Of a stretch of 64,000 bases of DNA, positions 57,360 through 64,000 are shown one piece after another (within the stretch, counting starts at the first letter, position 1; the number at the start of each line of letters is the position of its first letter). Below the pieces are notes generated by a model. The model had not been told where the DNA came from. It saw only the letters and a program-made list of their open reading frames with translations, and ran no database searches. This DNA comes from an uncultured Candidatus Bathyarchaeia archaeon. GTDB taxonomy: Archaea; Thermoproteota; Bathyarchaeia; TCS64. Where the stretch lies: positions 49 to 64,048 of the forward strand of contig CAZLHX010000001.1 of NCBI GenBank assembly GCA_964559475.1, given 5' to 3'. The translations under genes were made by a program, and so were the position numbers.

Positions 57360-57577
57360 ACTATTCGGTCTAAGATAAAGAAGAAACTATTTCGAATATA
57401 TCCATTATCTTTGGATCAGAGAGCTGATAAAATATTATACTATCTTTACGACTTTATTCTGCTTTATTTTCCTCAATTAATTGGATTTTAAGTTTTATTC
57501 AGGTAATTCACCTTTTAATGAAAGGTATATTTGAGCGGTATATTTCAGAACAAAGATATTATAGAAATATTCAATAA

Positions 57578-57964
57578 TTGTTGGTATTAATTGGCTATGG
57601 TGTTCTTGTGTTAAATGAGTTTCTATGGAAAAATAGAGTTTTAGTTGTCTTGGGTGATGCTGATACAAAATCTAAACAGAGATATATTCTTGATCAAGCA
57701 ATAGATGGTGTTATAGATAGAGATATGGTGATTCTTGGATTCAATAAACATGAAGAACCTTACTATAAGTGGAATGACACAAAGCTTGATATAATATCAG
57801 AAGAATTTAACCTAAACAGTGATGATAATATAATCTTGTTTGGTAAAGATGGAACAATAAAAGCAAAATGGAGGGAACCAGTCACTGTTGAAGAGATTTT
57901 CCAAATTATTGACGCGATGCCTATGAGGAGGGCGGAAATGCGTCGAAGAAAAGGCGGAGAATAG
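57578..57964 (+). CDS. DUF4174 domain protein (thioredoxin-like fold)
   Basis: 128 aa. WKNRVLVVL, ILFGKDGTIKAKW and IDAMPMRRAEM match the DUF4174 consensus. Confidence 0.7.
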   Translation: MLVLIGYGVLVLNEFLWKNRVLVVLGDADTKSKQRYILDQAIDGVIDRDMVILGFNKHEEPYYKWNDTKLDIISEEFNLNSDDNIILFGKDGTIKAKWREPVTVEEIFQIIDAMPMRRAEMRRRKGGE

Positions 57965-59422
57965 TTGGAAGCTACAGTAGTTTTCCCAAATCAGTTATTC
58001 AAAAATAACCCTCACCTAGAAAAAAACGTTCGAGTATACTTGGTAGAAGAGGACGCATACTTCAGGAGATATAGATTCCATAAGAAAAAACTCATATTAC
58101 ACAGAGCCTCCATGAAGTCTTTTAATGACGAGTTGAAAGACTTTGAAGTAACTTACATTCAAAACAAGAAAAATAAGACTCTTGATGAATTATTTAAACT
58201 TCTTACTAAAGATGAGGTAGCGCTGATTAACCTCACAGAAGTGCTTGATTATAGACTTGAGGATTTATTGGTAAAATATTCAGAGAAACACAATATTCGT
58301 CTAAATATTAAGGATAGTCCTGGTTTTCTAACAGATATTGACTGGATTAGAAATTTCTTCTCTTCAAAAAAGTATAGTATGACGAGTTTCTATATAGCTC
58401 AACGTAAAAGACTTGAGGTCCTAGTTGAGGGTGAGAAGCCTATTGGTGATAAGTGGAGCTTTGACCCTGAGAACAGAAGAAGATTACCAAAAGAGATAGA
58501 GTTACCTGATCTATGGGTCCCAGTTCCTGGTGATTACGTAAAAGAAGCAGAAGAGTATGTGAATACAAATTTTCCTGAAAACCCTGGAAGTGGTACTGAC
58601 TTTGAGTATCCAATAAACCAGAAGCAAGCTAAAAAATGTCTTGGGGACTTCATTGAGAACAGATTAGAGTTATTTGGTGATTACCAGGATGCGATATCAA
58701 AAAGAAGCCAATTTTTGTTTCATTCAGTACTATCTCCGAGTTTAAATATTGGCTTACTTACACCTCGACAGATATTAGAAAAAGTCCTTTCTTCTCATGA
58801 GGTTAAAGAATTTCCTATGAACAGCATTGAAGGCTTCATCCGCCAATTAATCGGGTGGAGAGAATACATGAGAGCAGTATATATTTTAAGACATGATGAA
58901 TTTATCAGTAGAAATTACTGGGATCATGATAAATCTTTGCCCGCTTCATTTTACGATGCTAGCACAGGTATAGAACCCTTGGATGATACTTTGAGGAAAG
59001 TGAACCAAACTGGGTACGCACAGCATATAGAAAGGTTGATGATCTTGGGTAACTTTTTTCTCTTAGCTAAGATTAAGCCAAGTGAAGTTTACAGGTGGTT
59101 TATGGAGATGTTCATCGACTCATATGAATGGGTCATGGAGCCCAACGTGTTAGGCATGAGTCAATACGCTGATGGCGGGGGAATTACCACTAAACCATAT
59201 GTGAGTTCAAGTAACTATATCAGACGTATGAGTGATTATGGTAAAGGAGATTGGAGCGATATCTGGGATGCCCTCTTCTGGAACTTTATTGCCGAAAATA
59301 AAGAAAAAATCTATGAGATACCCCGGATGAGAGTAATAATTTACAATCTGGAGAAAATGCCTGATAATAAAATTAAAAAATATAGCCAACTAGCAAAAGA
59401 GACCATAAAACTACTGCAATAA
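57965..59422 (+). CDS. Cryptochrome/photolyase family protein of the FeS-BCP / PhrB-CryB (prokaryotic 6-4 photolyase) lineage, without the Fe-S ligands
   Basis: 485 aa with EGFIRQLIGWREYMR, GYAQHIERLMILGNF, YEWVMEPNVLGMSQYADGG and KPYVSSSNYIRRMSDY. A TTG start is forced, because a TAG lies directly upstream in frame. Confidence 0.8.
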   Translation: MEATVVFPNQLFKNNPHLEKNVRVYLVEEDAYFRRYRFHKKKLILHRASMKSFNDELKDFEVTYIQNKKNKTLDELFKLLTKDEVALINLTEVLDYRLEDLLVKYSEKHNIRLNIKDSPGFLTDIDWIRNFFSSKKYSMTSFYIAQRKRLEVLVEGEKPIGDKWSFDPENRRRLPKEIELPDLWVPVPGDYVKEAEEYVNTNFPENPGSGTDFEYPINQKQAKKCLGDFIENRLELFGDYQDAISKRSQFLFHSVLSPSLNIGLLTPRQILEKVLSSHEVKEFPMNSIEGFIRQLIGWREYMRAVYILRHDEFISRNYWDHDKSLPASFYDASTGIEPLDDTLRKVNQTGYAQHIERLMILGNFFLLAKIKPSEVYRWFMEMFIDSYEWVMEPNVLGMSQYADGGGITTKPYVSSSNYIRRMSDYGKGDWSDIWDALFWNFIAENKEKIYEIPRMRVIIYNLEKMPDNKIKKYSQLAKETIKLLQ

Positions 59423-59541
59423 AGATTCATAAACGCGACTTTGTTCTAGGTATAAGTCAGAAAATTTGACTCCATTACTCTAGAAAACTAGGCTAATTGT
59501 CAGGTTAATATATTTTGAACTTAGATTATTAGAGTATTAAA

Positions 59542-60897
59542 ATGATCCAAGGGGAACGCATTAAAAAATTAAATACTAATGAGGTTCAAGACGGAGAATA
59601 TCTACTATACTGGATGCAATCTAGCGTCAGAACAACCTACAATCATGCCTTAGAGTATGCGGTAAGAGAGGCTAACAAGTCTAGTAAACCTCTGATAGTT
59701 TTCTTCGGAATCACGCCCACGTACCCAGAAGCAAACCTAAGGCATTTTACTTTCATGTTAGAGGGACTTAAAGATACGAAGAAAGCAATGTTAAGAAGAA
59801 ACATTGATCTGATCATAAATAAAATTTCACCTGACCTAGGAGCCGTAAAATTTGCTAAAAAAGCGTCCACCGTGCTAACAGATAGAGGGTATACAAGAAT
59901 TCTAAGAAAGTGGCGAGAAAACGTCGCAAGTAAAATTAAGTGCCCATTAATCCAGGTAGAGAGTGATATAATCGTACCAGTAGAGGAAGCTTCAGAGAAG
60001 GAAGAATACGCCGCTAGAACAATTAGACCAAAAATAAAGAAAAAACTCGATAAATTCCTAGTTCCATTGAAGGAAACTAAACTCAATGATCAATACGGGG
60101 AAGAATTTGATTCTCTTAATTTAAGTTCGCCAAAAGAATTAGCTAAAAAATTAAAGGTTGACCAAAGTGTTAGACCCGTCTCAAAATATAAGGGAGGACA
60201 AACGGAAGCTAAAAAACACCTCAAAACATTCCTTGATGAAAAACTTGACGATTACCATGAAATCAGAAACGATCCAACAAAGGACTTCCAATCTAATCTA
60301 AGCCCCTACCTCCATTTCGGTCAAATCAGTCCCCTTGAGATTGCCTTAAAAGTTCAGGGGACAGATAGCCCGGGGAAAGAAGCTTTTTTAGAGGAATTGA
60401 TCATAAGACGAGAGTTGGCTATTAATTACGTTTACTATAACTCCAAATATGATTCATATGATGGGATAACAGATTGGGCGAAAAAAACCCTGAGAGAACA
60501 TGAAGATGACCCCAGAGAATATATTTACAGTTTCAAAGATCTGGAATTAGCCAAGACTCATGACCCTTACTGGAACGCCGCTCAGATGGAGATGGTAATA
60601 ACCGGAAAGATGCATGGATACATGAGGATGTACTGGGGGAAAAAGATACTAGAATGGTCGAAAAATCCTGTTACCGCACTTAATACAGCACTTGAATTAA
60701 ATAATAAATATGAACTGGATGGAAGAGACCCCAACAGTTATACAGGTGTAGCATGGTGTTTTGGAAAACACGACAGACCCTGGAAAGAAAGACCCATCTT
60801 TGGCAAAACAAGATACATGAATAACAGAGGTCTGGAAAGAAAGTTCGACATAGAAAAATATGTAGAAAAAATTAATGAGTTATCAAAGACAATATAA
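59542..60897 (+). CDS. phr: Class II CPD photolyase
   Basis: 451 aa with YLLYWMQSSVR, RNDPTKDFQSNLSPYLHFGQIS, THDPYWNAAQMEMVITGKMHGYMRMYWGKKILEW and ELDGRDPNSYTG. Confidence 0.92.
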   Translation: MIQGERIKKLNTNEVQDGEYLLYWMQSSVRTTYNHALEYAVREANKSSKPLIVFFGITPTYPEANLRHFTFMLEGLKDTKKAMLRRNIDLIINKISPDLGAVKFAKKASTVLTDRGYTRILRKWRENVASKIKCPLIQVESDIIVPVEEASEKEEYAARTIRPKIKKKLDKFLVPLKETKLNDQYGEEFDSLNLSSPKELAKKLKVDQSVRPVSKYKGGQTEAKKHLKTFLDEKLDDYHEIRNDPTKDFQSNLSPYLHFGQISPLEIALKVQGTDSPGKEAFLEELIIRRELAINYVYYNSKYDSYDGITDWAKKTLREHEDDPREYIYSFKDLELAKTHDPYWNAAQMEMVITGKMHGYMRMYWGKKILEWSKNPVTALNTALELNNKYELDGRDPNSYTGVAWCFGKHDRPWKERPIFGKTRYMNNRGLERKFDIEKYVEKINELSKTI

Positions 60898-60992
60898 GAC
60901 CCTCAAGTTACAGAAGAAATTATTATTTTTATATTTGAGTATTCTTAAATCAAAAAACTATATTAGTGCATACTCCCCCGTAACCTGATTAA

Positions 60993-63950
60993 ATGTATAA
61001 AAGATTAAACCGGTTAATCATTCCTTTAACCCTATTTCTAATCGTTATAACAATCAAGTTCCCTGCAGTGCAAGCAGCACAGAGCACCATCACAGGATAT
61101 AATACCCAAACAGATTGGTTTGCAGGAGGAGTTGGCTTATCATCTGATAGAGCAACTATGACTATTAACCTACTTACTGGAACAACTTATGGAAAATTAA
61201 CCGGCAGAGGAGACCTAGTTCGTCTGAATGAAACAACTGAAGAATATTATAAAGCGGGATATGGGTTATGGAGTCTCACATTAACAGGTTCGTATACTGG
61301 AAAACTACAAGGAACTGGTACAGGTTCTGTGAGTGGAACAATCACCGGCATTAAAGATGGTGATGCTCTAAATATAGGGGTAGGTGGTACCTGGAGCCTA
61401 GAGTTAGATGCCACTCTCGGAGGCATGATTCTAGAGATATACCCTACTTATAGTAACAAGCCCTCTGATATCAGCTACACAAACTTCCTTCAAAGGGTTT
61501 TATTATTTCAGCCTATTAAAGAAGCTGGAAGTCTAAGTCTTGAAATATTCCCTGGACAGCTATATATCTCAGAACCAGGAACGTATCGATTACTTCTAAA
61601 AACAGAGCTATTTGATAAAAGTGGGATGCCGATCCCAGACCGTAAAATTCTGTTCGATGTGAACTCGCCAATCCCGGTAGTCCAATTGCCTTCAAGTTCC
61701 ACAAATCAGGATGGCGCGATATCAACTAGTCTTTATGTGACTGTACCTGACCTGAATTACCTTCCCCAAGATATCGTTGTTTCAGCAAGTGAACCACTAT
61801 CAGATGTCGGCGTTTCTAATCTGGTATCTATCGAACAGACTCAAGTGAAACTAGAAATTGAGAGTGTATCTCCAGCAAACCTTCAAGATAATATATGGAT
61901 TACGGACGCAAACAACATAGTTGTCACCGGAAAAGTACAAGGTCTCGAGATTGAATCCATAGAGATGGTAGCAGACGTTGACTCTGTTAATAGCTCCTAC
62001 GTCTATGATAATCGACCTGAAGTAGACCAGGAGGGTTCTTTTTCTGTGCCTATAAGCTTCTATACAGCTGGTTCAGAGTATAAGTTAACTGTTACAGCGA
62101 GTGATGATAAAGGGATAACAGTAAGCGATACCGTGACGGTCAAATATCTAGGGCCATCTCTTGTTAAGATAATCAGTGTGTCTGCCCCTGAGCGGGTAGA
62201 TCCTACCTTATATGATAGCTTTGATGTTGATATAACAGTAAGAACAGTAAGTGCAGAACCCACCAACCTCTACCTAGATTTAATAATAGTACCCTATAGT
62301 ACCCAGAAGGTCTTGCAAGTAGAGGCGGGGGACTTTATCCACCAAGTATCATTCAATGTACCGATCAGCCCCTTCCAAACAGTAGGATTCAAGCCATCCC
62401 AAGAAGGAACCCTTCATACTCTTTTGTATACCGGTGACTCTGAAAAACAGCAGGCTCAACAAACAGACAATCAGGGTGGCCTCGGAGAAATTATTGGAAA
62501 GACGGATAATGGAAGCGGGGATACGGAGACTTTTGATGTCCCAGAGATCAGTGAAGAGGATATCGGTATAACAGTGAATATTGATTATTCCCTTCCGTAC
62601 CCTGAAAACCGGGGCGTAGGAAATGACCGCTTCGAATGTGAAACAAAGCAGTGGACTAGATATAGCAGGCACAGTAATGTCCTCGATGACTTAAAAGCAG
62701 GGAAAAAAACCTTTCCTCAATGGGTCGAAGCCTTAGGTGTTGGAACAAATGTTCAATGGACTATGACTGGAAACATTGAATTTGAGATTATTTCAGCGAC
62801 AATTGAGGTTATAAGGTTACCGTACAACTTTCCTGAAGGAGATACTATCTATGTTACAAGTGAAGAAATAATAAAAGACGGCTTGGTACAGTCCCTGTCT
62901 AAGAGGTGGGGTAAAAATAGAGATATACCATCTGGGGAGTACAAGATCAGAGTAACATATCGCGTCCAATATACTTTGGAAAATGAAGTGATAGAACAAG
63001 AGTTCCAGAAGACAAGCAGAATATCTTTCCATATCAACCCTAAGAGGGTTGATCCATGTGGTGAAGATTTCGATCACCAACAACTCTATGAAGAAAAAAC
63101 CTACGAAGTAAATCGTGGTAGGACCGATTTAAACCTGAATAAACAGGGAGACAGATCAACAGGTTCATTCAACCCAGGTGCAACAACAAGCGGAGTACTA
63201 GGCGGATTAAGCAAACCAGAGATACATACAGTATCAATTACTGATGTGCAGATTAGTAAAGAACCCATTACACTATTTTTAGACTGGGATGACGAAGCTG
63301 CTGACTTAGACTTGACATTGATTGATCCATCAGGCAGGTCTTTAGGATATATTTACGGCGCAGGTATAGTGGTAAATGGGATACCGGGCACAGAGTATAG
63401 TGGTAATGATGTTAAACCTGAATGGATTAAGCTTTACAAGACTATTGAAGGTGAATACCTAATATCAGTATATTTGGCAAAGTCAGAAGGTCCTGTTGAT
63501 GCTTGGATCCAGTTAGGTGAAGCAGGCGGTTCTGGATTAACTGTAAATGAGCATAGTATCGGTAGAAGTATAGATGAGAACGGTTTCCTCGAAGAGGCTG
63601 GTTTCCTTTTCAGTCCAAAAGATCTTGTTTACAGCCATGTTAGCTTTTCCGGGATAGAGATAGGAGATATTGTAAGTTGGGTTTTCACAGGCCCCAATGG
63701 ACAAAGTTCTGAAGAAGCAATAGCCATGGAGTATGAAGGAGATGCTTTTGCTTATGCTCCTATAGATCTTCGTAATTATCCAAGTGAAGACGTTGTAGGG
63801 TCATGGAGTGTTGATGTATATGTAAACGATTCAATGGTTTCAACTGCTTCATTCGAAGTTAACCCTATTGGTGATTTAATACCCGGGTACCCGATGATAT
63901 CAATACTAATTGCGGTAATATTTCTAGTCTATTCAATTAATAAGCATTAA
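60993..63950 (+). CDS. Large secreted or surface-anchored protein with Ig-like repeats, a PPC (pre-peptidase C-terminal)-like domain and a C-terminal TM anchor
   Basis: 985 aa. The signal peptide is LIIPLTLFLIVITIKFPAVQA|AQ. A PPC-like motif is WDDEAADLDLTLIDPSGRSLGY. The C-terminus is IPGYPMISILIAVIFLVYSINKH. Confidence 0.7.
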   Translation: MYKRLNRLIIPLTLFLIVITIKFPAVQAAQSTITGYNTQTDWFAGGVGLSSDRATMTINLLTGTTYGKLTGRGDLVRLNETTEEYYKAGYGLWSLTLTGSYTGKLQGTGTGSVSGTITGIKDGDALNIGVGGTWSLELDATLGGMILEIYPTYSNKPSDISYTNFLQRVLLFQPIKEAGSLSLEIFPGQLYISEPGTYRLLLKTELFDKSGMPIPDRKILFDVNSPIPVVQLPSSSTNQDGAISTSLYVTVPDLNYLPQDIVVSASEPLSDVGVSNLVSIEQTQVKLEIESVSPANLQDNIWITDANNIVVTGKVQGLEIESIEMVADVDSVNSSYVYDNRPEVDQEGSFSVPISFYTAGSEYKLTVTASDDKGITVSDTVTVKYLGPSLVKIISVSAPERVDPTLYDSFDVDITVRTVSAEPTNLYLDLIIVPYSTQKVLQVEAGDFIHQVSFNVPISPFQTVGFKPSQEGTLHTLLYTGDSEKQQAQQTDNQGGLGEIIGKTDNGSGDTETFDVPEISEEDIGITVNIDYSLPYPENRGVGNDRFECETKQWTRYSRHSNVLDDLKAGKKTFPQWVEALGVGTNVQWTMTGNIEFEIISATIEVIRLPYNFPEGDTIYVTSEEIIKDGLVQSLSKRWGKNRDIPSGEYKIRVTYRVQYTLENEVIEQEFQKTSRISFHINPKRVDPCGEDFDHQQLYEEKTYEVNRGRTDLNLNKQGDRSTGSFNPGATTSGVLGGLSKPEIHTVSITDVQISKEPITLFLDWDDEAADLDLTLIDPSGRSLGYIYGAGIVVNGIPGTEYSGNDVKPEWIKLYKTIEGEYLISVYLAKSEGPVDAWIQLGEAGGSGLTVNEHSIGRSIDENGFLEEAGFLFSPKDLVYSHVSFSGIEIGDIVSWVFTGPNGQSSEEAIAMEYEGDAFAYAPIDLRNYPSEDVVGSWSVDVYVNDSMVSTASFEVNPIGDLIPGYPMISILIAVIFLVYSINKH

Positions 63951-64000
63951 TATCTTGAAGAGTTAATACTCCAATATTTATTTCACAAAAGATTATCAAA

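Noticed and set aside
1-64000. I looked for CRISPR arrays, tRNA or rRNA genes, transposases or integrases, and long direct or inverted repeats.
   Set aside because: I could see no repeat-spacer periodicity and no GC-rich cloverleaf-like islands in the intergenic regions. No DDE, tyrosine or serine recombinase-like ORFs were evident. The absence was judged by eye only and should be confirmed with tRNAscan, Infernal and a CRISPR finder.

Overview
This is a dense, AT-rich archaeal chromosomal segment. The archaeal call rests on TFB, an archaeal five-subunit CODH/ACS, archease-RtcB and H4MPT enzymes. About 60 CDS are supportable. I could not recognise any rRNA, tRNA, CRISPR array or transposase. 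The core, roughly 14.5-43.5 kb, is an almost gapless supercluster for the methanopterin-type Wood-Ljungdahl pathway. It contains RACo plus two CooC-type Ni-insertion ATPases and a CofE-like ligase. It also holds a methanopterin-biosynthesis block: a DHPS-like protein, beta-RFAP synthase, DUF447, a Pol-beta nucleotidyltransferase and a CitG-like protein. Then come an mch-fwdDBA-ftr-fwdC-mptN-like operon, cdhABCDE, a bacterial-type metF/metV pair, and an AfpA-like flavoprotein with an iron-sulfur flavoprotein. No mcr, mtr, mer or mtd is recognisable in this window. The flanks carry peptide and amino-acid catabolism genes (M19 dipeptidase, class III aminotransferase, BKACE, D-aminoacylase, M20 peptidase, tungsten AOR). 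They also carry housekeeping genes and a light-repair island: DUF4174, an FeS-BCP-like photolyase that lacks all four cluster cysteines, and a class II CPD photolyase. A 985-aa surface protein ends the window. The most interesting unexplained signal is a pair of paralogous Pol-beta nucleotidyltransferase-like genes, each wired into the pterin/C1 clusters. One sits divergent from the CitG-like gene. The other has its start codon overlapping the stop of the MptN-like ligase. I propose a CitG+CitX/MdcG-like two-step phosphoribosyl chemistry in methanopterin side-chain assembly. All functional calls come from motif and family recognition by eye; no searches were run.
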